A DNA stretch of 64,000 bases, from NCBI GenBank assembly GCA_036172245.1, contig JAYWIR010000044.1, forward strand, positions 806,001 through 870,000. Reading direction: 5' to 3'. The DNA is from Raillietiella orientalis (taxonomy: Eukaryota). Position numbers and translations under genes: made by a program. Shown one piece after another: positions 1 through 11,500 of the stretch. The notes below the pieces were generated by a model. That model ran no database searches and had not been told where the DNA came from. It saw nothing but the letters and a program-made list of their open reading frames with translations. Within the stretch, counting starts at the first letter, position 1; the number at the start of each line of letters is the position of its first letter.

Positions 1-1039
1 TTAGTTTCGAGGCGGAGGGGGTCTCCTTGGCAACAGCTCGCAGAACGTCCTGCCGAGCACGTGGGAGGAGGGAGCACCGACACGCTGGTCGGTTGTATTA
101 GACCGGCGCATCTGCAGCTCGAGATAACCTCTCGGCAAGACAAGATCTGAGGTGCCCGCGTCTTTTCCAAGGTCGTCCAAGCGTTGGGGTAGGGTTTTCT
201 TTCTCAGGGGGTTGCTATGAAAAGGAAGGGTCACCTGATAGAGTGGGTTCGGTATCCAGGACGGGGTGGCATTGTTGAAGTGGATGACATCCGTGGGCGT
301 CGGATGCTGGGGCGTCTCCGTCACCAAACTTTTTCCCGGAGGATTAGGGAACGCGCGCCTACCAGACGACGAGGTGCCAGTGGTCGAGATGGCAGAGAGT
401 GAGGGAGCCCTCCGAGGTGCACCGCCAGGTCGGTCTGCAGGAGGCATCGAAAGAGGCACGAGCCAGACTTCCGGATAGTCCAGACGTCGAGGCGAGGATC
501 CATCGCCAGAGGAAGGCGGGAGAAAAAAAGAGGACGGTACAGCTGATTTATCACGCATCATTTCGAGAGCACGGACTGTTGAAGATAACCGCTTGCATGT
601 ACCATCTTGGAAAGGAGAGGAAGAGGAAGGAGACGCTTCCAGATGGTTCAAGGAACGGCAGCAAACTTATCCGCTTTGTTTTTTTTTCTCAAATAGCTTC
701 AGGCACGAATCTCCCTCACATCTCACGGAGACTTTGCCACGATCGAATGAACCACTAGCGCCTTCATGGACCTTGGATTTCCTCGTCCCATTTCTGGCAC
801 GCCCACCGAAAACAGAGGGCACACCGCCCGCTCATTGAAAAACCTGCGACCCTCTTCAGCCAGAGTGGTCCAATGAAGCGATGAATAATTTGTTGTGAAA
901 ACAAGGGATGCCAGGGGCTTCCGTGAATTTTAGAGCGAAGAAGAGCATGGAATATTCAGATGTAATGGAAGGAAGGTTCCAGGGAATTGGGGCTTCCTAC
1001 GAGCCAGCCTTGGATGACGCCAGGAAGTGCGAAGGGTTG

Positions 1040-1520
1040 CGGAACGGATTATTGAAGAGGAGGAGGGGTGGAGGACGAAGAAAGGAAGCGAGAAAGGGAG
1101 GTGGAGAACCGATTGGAGAACGGGAAAAGGAGGACGACAGGAGGAACAGGGATGGAAAAGGTAGCAGGCGAATGCAAAAGGAACAGGAGGCGAAATGGAA
1201 AGAGGAGCAACGACGTGAAAAAAGGAGGAGGAAGGAGCGGAGGTGAAAAGGAGCAGGAGGCAGGGAGGGGGTGGAAGGAACAAAATAAGAGAAAGAAGAA
1301 AGGAGGAGGATGAAAGAAAAAAAAGCAGAAGGAGAGGAGGAAAAGCACAAGAACGAAGAAAGAAGCACGGAAGACGAGAAGAGGAATAAAGGGATAGAAG
1401 AAAGAAGAAAAGAAAAGGGAGGAAGAAGGAAGGGTGGACGAGAAGGAGGAAGAGGAAGAGAAGGAGAGAAGGATAAAGGGAGGAGAGGAACGAGAAAAGG
1501 AACACCCAAGGAGAGAGGCA
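1040..1520. repeat. Purine-rich (GGA/GAA) low-complexity tract
   Basis: Almost exclusively A/G on the + strand. Confidence 0.85.
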
Positions 1521-2229
1521 AGGCACCCGCGGACTCCCGCCGTTACGGGAGGAAAGGGCGACCGTGACAGGTGGGCAAGCAGTCGGTCCCGGCCCGAGAG
1601 CGCCTTCGCCAACGATCGCACACGTCCGCTCCGGCCACAGTTGCTTCTTCGCGGAAACAGGAAGCCGCCCGAACCGGGAGCGAATCCAGGTGCACCTCCG
1701 CCTCCCTTCATAAAAGGAAAAATTCTGGGAGCGGAGCGTCTGAGGTGCCAGGTGCATCTCCCTATAAACGTCAGATCGGGAAAAGAGGGACAGGTGATTT
1801 TCCCAGGCTCGTCTGCAGCAGGCGCGGCGTTCCGCTCCCGAGGAGCGCGCGAAGGAGGCGGGCAGAGGCGCGGTTCCGCCCTCCCCCTTCCGCCCTCGCG
1901 CCACGTCTCCCTCTCCCGCCGCTGCTTCCCCTCTTCCTTCACTTTTTCCTCGCGCTCCCTTTCGCCCAATATTCTCCAAGGGGGAGTACGTCGGCCAGAA
2001 CGCGGAACGCAGAAGTTTCGGCCGCATCTTCCCCGGAGCGCCTCGACGGACGCCCGCCCCGCCTCGGCCGCGGACAGGGCAAACGGAACAGGAGAACGGG
2101 TCGGGTGCGTAGGCACCGGCGCTGCCGAGGCGCGGAGCCGCACCCACGGTTCATCTTCCTCCTCACGTACACGCAGACGAGTCGGAGCGATGCAGGCAGG
2201 TAGATGAACGTGTGCACAGGTGGATGGCT

Positions 2230-2595
2230 GAGAAGGAAAAGGGCAACGGAGAAGTAGGAGGAAGCATAGGCAGGGAACCGGTGGGAGGGTGGAGGTGCAA
2301 GAGAAAGAAAACGCGAAAGGAAAGAAAATGAAAGGGTAGGGGAAGAGGAAGAGGAAGGGAGGAGAACGCTGAAGAACTAAGAGAACGAGAAGAGGGGGAT
2401 TGGCATAAGAGGAACGGAAGCGGTGACAAAGAGCAAAAAGAAGCGAGGAAGAGAAGCAAGAAGGAGGCAAGGGCAGGAAAGGAATGGAAGAGAAGCAGAA
2501 AGGTAGGAGGAAGAGGGAATGGACGAAGAGCGATGAGGGCTGCGGAGGGAGGAAGGAAAGAGCAGGAGGGCGGAAAGGGAAGAAGGAACGGAGGG
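2230..2595. repeat. Purine-rich low-complexity tract
   Basis: Almost exclusively A/G on the + strand. Confidence 0.85.
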
Positions 2596-5500
2596 AATCG
2601 ACGTGTTTGTACAGACATCCGAACGTATACAAACAAACAGAGTGATGCCCACTTGTATCAGGACAGGAAGTGTGTCTTCCTGCATACGCACGGGAATGCT
2701 GTCTAGGGACACGTGCATGTACACATTCCTGCGTACACTCGGATGCGGAACCGCACAGAAAAGGATGCAAGCACGCGTGTGTGGACGATCCAGCAGATTC
2801 CGTGCATGCAATTCCTTCGGTGGCTCCTGCGACAAGTTCGAGCAAGCAAGTCTCGCCTCGCGCGAGGCTGCGCGCGCACCGGTCCTGGCAGCTGCTCTGC
2901 AAAATAGCTGCGGCACCTTCCCAGGACGCAAGTGGCGGTAACTGCTTTGTCTCCATGGTGCCCCGAACCCCTGCAAGCCCCGACATGGGATCGTGCTGGG
3001 AAGCTGCGTTGGGCGATTGTGGTTGGTAGCGCTGGCGGTCAGTCGTCTGTTTCCAATCACTCTAACGAAGGCAATCTAAAAGCATCCCCTGGATCCTTCT
3101 AGAGTGTTTCATAGACGTTCCCTGAAAGTGCTCTATCGTCTTTCATCCCTACGACTGAGCTGGCGGAGCGGTGGACGTGATAGCTGCTCAGCAACGGTCC
3201 ACGTGAGCCAGACTTTCAGCAGGCAGTGAGAAGAGCGGTTCCTGGATGAGAGACTTCGGGAGAAGCTTTTCGACGTGATTTGAAAGGGGGAGAAGATGGG
3301 AGTATCTCTCTACTGCTGCTGACTCTTCGTGCGATGAGGGGACACTCTTCTGCTCCCAGGAATGGTACCTCTGGCTTTTCCGCGGGACACAGAACACCCA
3401 AACTCGCGAGGTATCACGATGATGAGAAATGATTGGGGTCTGAGGATTCCGATCCCGGGACATGATTCACGACAGGAGAGCTCCGTTATCGAGGAATCTT
3501 CCATGAGCGCGACGCCAGCAGCTAAATTCGACGCAGAGAGCTCCCTCAGGAAACACTGTGAAAACGAACCCATAAGTCTTTTGATACGGTTAAAGAAGTA
3601 ACGCACTTTCACACCGTGGAAGTAAGTGGACGCTGGGTGTTCATGAGAAAAATTACACTCGTGCTGCACTCTCGGTTCCATCTTACGTTTCGGGAAGTGC
3701 GTCGCTGCGTACGACACCTGTACCGCACCGACTGCACGGCAGATATAGCGTGTCCGTTTGCCTCACTCGCCCTCTCATCGCTTCGAAGACCCCAGTGCAA
3801 GGATGGGAACGTGTCTCGTTGTAGTCCCAAGCTCATCGTGGCCTCCAGACACAAGGTGGAGGGACGCTCGGGTCATCTAGTGCAAGTTCGAGCAGGTTTG
3901 TCATTCACCCAAGACTTGGTGCTCTCCGTCACAGTGTGGCTTGGATGGCCAGCGCTCCGCCATCTCCGCACTTCTCCACCGCTGAAGTAGCTCTGGATGT
4001 GCGCATCTCCTCACACTCTGGCGAGCGGTCTGACGGTGCACACCAGGAATTTTCAGAGTTAAGACATGGAACGGGGACAGACAGAGGCTCCTCACGCCCT
4101 TGCAGCCCCATGATGGAATCGAAATCTTTGATCCAAACCCGCCACAGATCAGAGAAACGCGACCCAAATGAGAAGGATGCATGACGTGCGCGTACTCCCA
4201 CGCCGCCCGTTTCCCGTTCCTGAAGTGGCGACTTCTGGGCCACTTCATAGCACCGCAACTCCAAGGAAATGCAAGAAGCATGCTGATGCGGTTCTCCCCT
4301 TCCGAAAATGCCTTACTCGCAACCTGAGAACTTCATCTCCTCCCTCGTCACTCTAAGGGAGCCTTCTAAAGTGTCGTGGGCAAAATTACTCCGAGGACAC
4401 CATAACACCACACTGCCATCCCTTTCCTCGCTGCTGAGAAAACAACGGCGCGTCCAGATGCCGAGAACTAAGGGAAGCATCCCCAGTAGGAATACTGTTA
4501 CTTTGGGAGCTGTTGTCCGTCGGCTGGCACGTTATCGACAGATGCAAGCAGCTCTTTGGATCTCAGTGTGCATGTGATGATTTTCAGGGTACGCCCGTCG
4601 GCTCATTCGCGATACGCTGGACCATAGAAATTCTTCTGAGCTCCCTCTTTCTTTTTTTTCTCTTTTTGCAATTATCAAGACAAGAGATTTTCCAGTGATT
4701 GAACCAGGCCGGCTTTCGGAAGGCGGCTCGCCGTGCACACATCCTGCGAGGAGCGCGCTTCTCCGGGGAGCGAAGAATCTGCCCTCGTCCGTTCCAATAT
4801 CACCGTTTACAGGGGTGCGGGGGTGCAGGACGTGCGGTCACATCAAAAGTACATTCCCAATTTTTTTTTTCCATCATATGGATAGCGGTACAGTCGAAAG
4901 CGACATCAAAGGTTAGCAAAAAATTTGTGAATTCCATTAGAGTCTCGAGATGTTGGGAACGGGGAGGAACTTGCATTTATACCAGTACGGAGAATGGGAT
5001 GCAGGGAGAGGGAAAACAATAAAGCTCATGATGGGGAATCATATAGATGGGAAAACTGCTCGGTAGCACACGAATGCTTTGATAATTTGGGCGCTCAGAA
5101 AGTATGCTCTGCTCTTCGGAAGTGTTGGGGGGAAAAAAGCCTCGCAGTTGTCGAGGGGACGTGCCGCTCTAAGCAGATCGTTCCCGTGTTCCGATACCAG
5201 ATTATGGCATGGGAAACTGAGGTTGTTTTCCTCTACAATCTCGGATGATTTTTTTTTTTTTTTTTTTTTTTACCGTTCCTGAGGTTTCCTTTGATGCCAC
5301 TCGAGAGACCAGCCCAGAGACCGACTTGTCTGGACTGTCGGGCTATGTTTCCTGAAGCCAGTTCCAATGCTCGGAGACTTCTGCACGCCGGGTAGCTGCG
5401 GCCCATTTTCTGTGTCCTTGATAGCCGCAGGTTCGGAAAGCAGTCCTTGATAGCCTTCCCGAAGTGATCTTCCCCGCAACACAAAAAGCGTTTAGGCAAA

Positions 5501-6572
5501 AAAAAAAAAAAAGAGGCAAAGAACACGGGAAAGTTAAGAAGAGAAGCCTTCTTTCCTTGAGTGGACCCCATCTCGGATTCTGGTGTCTTCCCCTTTTCTT
5601 CCAGTTCCCTGAGAGCAAACAGCTCCGCGAACGTTCGGTTACCACGAAGCAACAACTTGCATGAGTCATCGTGTAATCCGTCTGCAGAAAACTGCCGACA
5701 CTTTACTACTGCAACCCATTTTCATTAATATCTACTCGTGAAATGTGACATCCACCATACAGTAAATAACATTTGGAAGTACGCAACTGCTGTTCCTAGC
5801 CGCAACGGCTGGGACATAATTCGAGGCGGACCTATCAACGATTGCAAGTTTCCAATGGTAACCATAAATAAAAGCGCACGCCATTTTGCCCGGCTCTTGA
5901 AAGCTGATGTGTCTTCTACAACTCTCAAGATAATCCAACGGAACAGTTGTACCAGTCTTCAAGAAAAGAAGCTTCTCGGTGCCCAAGGATCGTGACAGTC
6001 ACCAAGCTACTCCTCAGCCCTGTGTACTTCTGCACGCGTTCTCCTGATCCTGAGTTTTTAAGCTATTTGCAATTTTTAATTTGCTTTTTCCTCTGTCGCC
6101 ATTCCGTTCAAATGTGAATGCAAATCCTCCCCCCCTCCCTTCCTTTTTTTTTCCTTCTGCCTGCAGCAGGAAAGCGGGGCGGAGTTCGTTTGAGAAGGAA
6201 GTCGAGAATAGGAGTACAGGGTCTAATATGGAGATTGGGAAGAAGAGGAAACAACGCGAAGGTACTATACGAACCCAAGAATTCTTGGAGCATCAGGCTC
6301 GTCCATCACGGTTACACCATTTCCGGTGCCAATTTCACCTCTGGGAATTGCAGCAATCGCATTGCTAACTTTGACTGCATTTCAGCAATTGAATGCACAA
6401 TCAATGCATTGGGCACACAGGCAAGCAACTCGGGAAGCTCCAGCACTAATTGATTTTCAAATAAAACTTCTTGAAAGCAAGACTACTCTTGCAAGTACCC
6501 TTCTCAAAGATAACCTAATTCGCAGTGCTAGCTGGGGAGCATCGCCTTCCGCTGACAAGTGGGAGCGCGCGA

Positions 6573-6628
6573 CCCGTTGCTACGGACGCCCGTTGCCACA
6601 GACGCACCCCGTTGCCACAGACGCACCC
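6573..6628. repeat. Short tandem repeat, 3 x ~19 bp (CCCGTTGCCACAGACGCAC)
   Basis: Direct reading; the first copy is degenerate. Confidence 0.85.
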
Positions 6629-8413
6629 TAGGACGGCAGCAGGTGGAACCGACGAGCGCTCCTCCCTTTCGCGCGAGGCTGGTTGGGAGCTTTTGCCCCG
6701 CGCACGGGAACAGCGTGTAAGCCTCCGTCTGCAGCGGTCAGCAACATCCCCCCTTTGATCTTCTTCATCCCTGATCGCTTGCAGTCTGCGTCTTCGAAGG
6801 CCAACGGTCAAATAGGAAGCCCAGAATCGGAGGGCGGGTGCGGCGGCCTCCCTGTCAACGAGGGGGACGCGCAGCTCGATTTTCTTCGGAGGTTTCCAGC
6901 AGGAAGCCGCGAGGTGAGTTCCAATGTGCATTGTGGCACCCAGACGTGCGTGTTCCCTCCGTTCCCGAGTGTGGGAGAAGAGAGTAGCGCTCGAGGACAA
7001 ACTTGGGCGTGCACGTCTTCGGAGCGCCGAGCGCGGCGGCCATCAGACGGCAAGTTTGGCTGTTGTGAGATTCTCTCACTGGTGGGGCCTTCCAGACGTG
7101 AACCCGTTTCCACGGTGTTCCCTCCGGAAGAGAGAACACGGCTCCGGGTTCTGGACCACCGTGCACCTGGGTGTCCTTCGGACGATCTTTCCAGGGGACC
7201 GCTGCTACCGCTTCCAAGGATTCCGCTGCCTGCACCTTGCTGGTGCTACCTGCGGAGAGCGTCGCGAGGCTCCTGGAGACATCCCGAAGCGGCGATCCCG
7301 CAAAAACAACAACCTCCGGTGCAGTAAAGCAGCCGCCTTGCCTACCACAGACGAGTGCTTGCTCCTTGGCCCAAGAAAGAAGTTCGCTTGCGGTTGCGAA
7401 GCGGAAGGCAGTGCCCTCGTATGACCGGAGGCCCCGCTCCCGTCGCCAGCCTACCGAACTCTTTGCCTGGCGAGGCGTCGCGGTTATCGAGCGGTTCACG
7501 CAGAGCCTCGGACAGGAAGCTTCGGGCAGGCGCGTTCGTGTGAGGGAAGGCGCGCCTGCGTTGCCCCCGTGTCCCTTCCACTGGCTGGCACGACAAAAGC
7601 AAAGCCTGCAGTCGCTCTCCATCCAGGACGACGCATCCTCCCGGAAGCGTCGGCGGCGCACGTCCGGAAGAAACCTCAAAAGGTAAGGCGGGTGGGATTC
7701 CCCCGCGTCGGAGCAGGGCGCCGGGGAGAGTAAGGAGAGAGGGATAAGGGGAGTGGAATGGGGAGGTGGAGAAGGTCGCCGATAACTGGTAAGGAGGCGC
7801 GGTTCTCGCATGCCTAGGAGAGTCGGCGGAGATTGCGTAAGCGCTCGAGCGCTCCGCAGGGGTGGAGGAGGAACTCCACTTTCCCTGGTGACCAGCGCAA
7901 CAGTCACCTAGCGACAGTCACCTGCCCGAAGGAGCTGTACTGCGCGAATACAAGGAGGATGAGGTTCGCGGAAAACGTGCGGTCTTCCTCCGGAAGGCGG
8001 GCGCCTGTGTGCGCTGGCCCGCAGTCCTCACCCGCCCAAGCGTCGCCAGAGGGAACGAAAGAGCGCTACCGTGGTGGTCCGGAAAGGATGCAGCCTGAAC
8101 ATCGGAAGGTCAGGGACCGCGCGCACCACAGCTCCAGGGTAGGAGGGAAGACGGTGCGCGACCAGGACGGCTTCCTCCTCCTGGCACGAGATGCTCTGCC
8201 TTTGAGGGATAAGACAGGTTTCCCCCTGGCTCTCGTCCCTCCACTTCCCTCCCCCCTTCCTCCTTGCGGAGATGGGAGAAGAGCGGGAGAGTTCGAGGCG
8301 GCGGCACTTTCACTTTCGTGGCCCCTCTTGCTTGTCCTCCGCGGCAACGTCCCTCACGTTCCCGCAGCAGCAGTATTCGGGACATCCTCCCGGGTTTGTT
8401 TGCTCTTCCTCAG

Positions 8414-8577
8414 ATCCCGCAAGCACTTTCCCGAGCTGGGATGAAGGCGGGCCCGCTCCGACTTCGCAGTCGCCAGTAGAGATGAACCCAGCGCTATCGG
8501 ACAAGAAACTCGAGGTGGAAGCGGTCCCGGCCAGGAGGGGCTCCAGGAAACCCTCCCACTTCGAGGTCCGCCATTCG
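8414..8577 (+). CDS. Putative 5' exon of the DAPK-like gene (ATG at 8482; MNPALSDKKLEVEAVPARRGSRKPSHFEVRHS)
   Basis: Pyrimidine-rich acceptor tgctcttcctcag, strong donor TCG|GTAAGT, and phase 0 matches the 12612 exon. No homology support. Confidence 0.5.
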
Positions 8578-11500
8578 GTAAGTAGCACGGCGCTCGTCTC
8601 TGCTTCTGTCTGCGGTGATGGAGGACCAAATTCCAGCAGCAGCGTCGCCAATCTGAGACGCTGCTGCTACAAGTAAAGACGGGAGGGCGGTCCGCACTCA
8701 GGGAGCCGAGATTGGACGATGCACTCTCCTTCTCCCATCCCGGCTCTGCAGCCGAGCGTGCCACTGCCCCTGGCCATGCTTGACCTGGGAGGTGGAAGGC
8801 ACGCACCTGCCCTCATATGGGAAGTGGTGCGCGCGCGATCCCGGGCATCCGAACCGGAAACGGCGATATTTTTTTCCCCTGCTGTTCTGCTGGCCAGCAG
8901 AGGGAGTTCTTGCGCGGTGGAATCCGCAGAACCCACATTGTTCCCCCAAGTCAACCCACCTGTGGGAGAGGAATCACGTTACCATGCAACTGCGCGCTGA
9001 GTCTTCTCATGCTGACGCGAAGCGAAAGCAGAAAAAAATACACACATGCACAAAAAAAAAAAAAATGGAAAAGGGAAGGAGGAGCAAAGGAGCAATCTTC
9101 TTTTGTGCATCTCCCGACACGCGTCATGTGGTGAGGGTGGATGGCACGCTTCTTTCAGCGTCCGTCTTGGAGGATTGAACTGACTGGAGTTTGAAATCAG
9201 GAAGGCTGGATAGGGAAACTGTGCGGGAGGAAGGACGACCGGGAACCGCAATGCGTTACTCTGTGACCCCTCGAGGAATGCCTCAGCGAAAAGCGGCCTC
9301 TGGCACCAGGGACGAAATCTCTGGTTGGTTTGACTCATCCCGGTGCCGTTCGTGCTGACAGTTCGAAAACCGTCGACCAACCGGAGGGCGCATCTTTCGT
9401 GCAAGAAATTTGTCTAGGCGGGGGAGGACCTGCCAAGGCCGATTTACCCTGTCGGCCGTGTCCCAGGAGGGTCAAGGTGCGCGCGCGCAAGGACACGTGC
9501 CGGGAGCTTCGGCTTCTTATGCCGATACCACCGGAAGATGAGAGTTCGGGAAGCAGCCTGAGCAGCCTCGGACATCACTGCCCTCAAGATCTCGGTGAAT
9601 CCGCTTCCATCCTAATCACTCAGGATGCGCTTCTGCCACCTACGCCACCGTGGTCCTTCCTCCCTTCTGCATCTGCATTCGGAGACATTAGGTCCACTCG
9701 AGATGTGAAATTCCCGGGGAACCCAGCTGAGCGGCCCTCTGGGGTCCCTGCAAAAGGGAAGCACAAGGAGCTTGTCCGTCCCCTTAATCGGTTGTCATGT
9801 AAAAAGATTTCAACTGAACAGGGCAAGGAAATAAAAAAAAAAAAAAAAAAAAGGATATAAATAAAAGAGGAGAGAAGAAGGAAGCTGTGATTTTCGTGCG
9901 ACGGACGAGATTCGCGGATGCAAGGCGCGCCGAACGGAGCTTGATAGCCGCCGGATGCGAGGCCAGCGCGGCTATAAATAGATTTCCCCCGCCAGCATGC
10001 TCTTTCAAAAATAGCCTCTTTATTGTTGTGGAGAAAAATAAACCCGGAGTCAGTAATGAGGACTCTATCCAATTAATCGATCTCCGTGTTTGACTTTGAG
10101 ACCACATGAAAGTGGGGAGGAAGGCTTTGCTTCCCGTGCGGACGGGCATGGAGTCCAGCGCGAAGTATCCCCGGATTCAGGATGCTGGCTGCAATCTGAA
10201 GTTGTCCGAGAGTGCGTTCAAATAGCCTTCCGGATCAGATGCGAAGTATCGGAAAGATTTCTCGGAGTAGGAAAAAACTGGCCTTATCGGAGGACCAGTT
10301 GCCTTGCGCCAAATGAAGTGAGTTGATTTCTCATCGCGTTCGTGCACTCGCGACGTACTCTATCCTTCTGCCCCGCGAATCCTTACCACGTCGTTCGAGC
10401 ATCCTTCTCCTCGATGTAGATGCAATGGAGACGCACGAGCAGAAAGAGAGATTCATTTCCAACTCGTTCACAAATGCTCCAATCGATTTTCTCTCTCCTC
10501 TTCCCCCCCCCCCTCCCTCCCTAGTAAGCAGCGATGCAATAAACAACCATCTGAATAAAAATAACGCTCTCGAAGGATTCGGATGCACGGCTTCGACTAA
10601 TAGATCATTCAGCATCGGAATATTGAAGCCCCAGACGATAAGCATTTCGCCGCGCGCTCGAGCCTATCGGGCAAAAGCAGCCGGCGCACGACGCACTTTC
10701 TGCTGCTCACGGTGCCACGCAGAATTCGAGGTGGCAGAGACCGGAGCGCGGCAGGGAACGGAGTGGGTGCGAAGGAAGGAGCCTCTCTTCCCTGATGAGT
10801 GGTGAGTGCAGTCTCAAAAAGAAAAAAGGGAAAAAATCACATGTCTCTGTAGCGCGTCCAACTTTAGGCCCACGGAGGTCGCCTGATTCGAGGCTGATTT
10901 TTGCGCGCGCGTGTGTTCCCCAAGGCCACTGTGCCCGTTCATTCTGGAGAGGAATGCTGCGACAGCGTCCCCGCAAATTTAAAGCGGATTTCCCCTGGTG
11001 CACCCGGAATGTTCGGTTCACACGAGCATGCCATCCCACAACCACGCGTGTGAATTATTGAGGACCCGGGCGCATGTTGATGACAGGGACGGACGCCGGA
11101 GTGTGCAACAGCCACTTTTTATCCCGACCTGTTTTCGCCCAATTGTCGCGCGTCAATTATCCCTTCAAACGTGCTGATCCCGAGCGATCCTGCTCACTTG
11201 AGAGAGTTTGCAAATTGGGAAGAGGAGGAGCAACCTGATTGGCGAGGGACCAGGAAGTGCGCACTTTTCTTCCCGACTGGGACGGAAAGCACACACATCG
11301 CCGTCGTCCCCAGGAGCCACGGCGGCACCGGGGACGTTTCCCCGTGGGGGCCGAATCAAGATTCACAGCCTCCCCTTCCTTTTCCCCCGATCTCTTTGAT
11401 GATCCGCCAGAGGACACACACGCTGAAGAGAACCCGCGGCTCACGAGTCCCGGAGCAGGCAGATGGCGAACTTGGATTCATCAGAAAGAGGGGGACAAGA

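Noticed and set aside
930..2986. 405-aa and 645-aa minus-strand ORFs
   Set aside because: They run through pyrimidine-only tracts and a GC-rich island, giving F/S/L/P-biased sequence with no domain or codon signal.
5640..6520. AT-richer patch with short ORFs, possible retroelement remnant
   Set aside because: No RT, RNase H, integrase or terminal-repeat features recognised.
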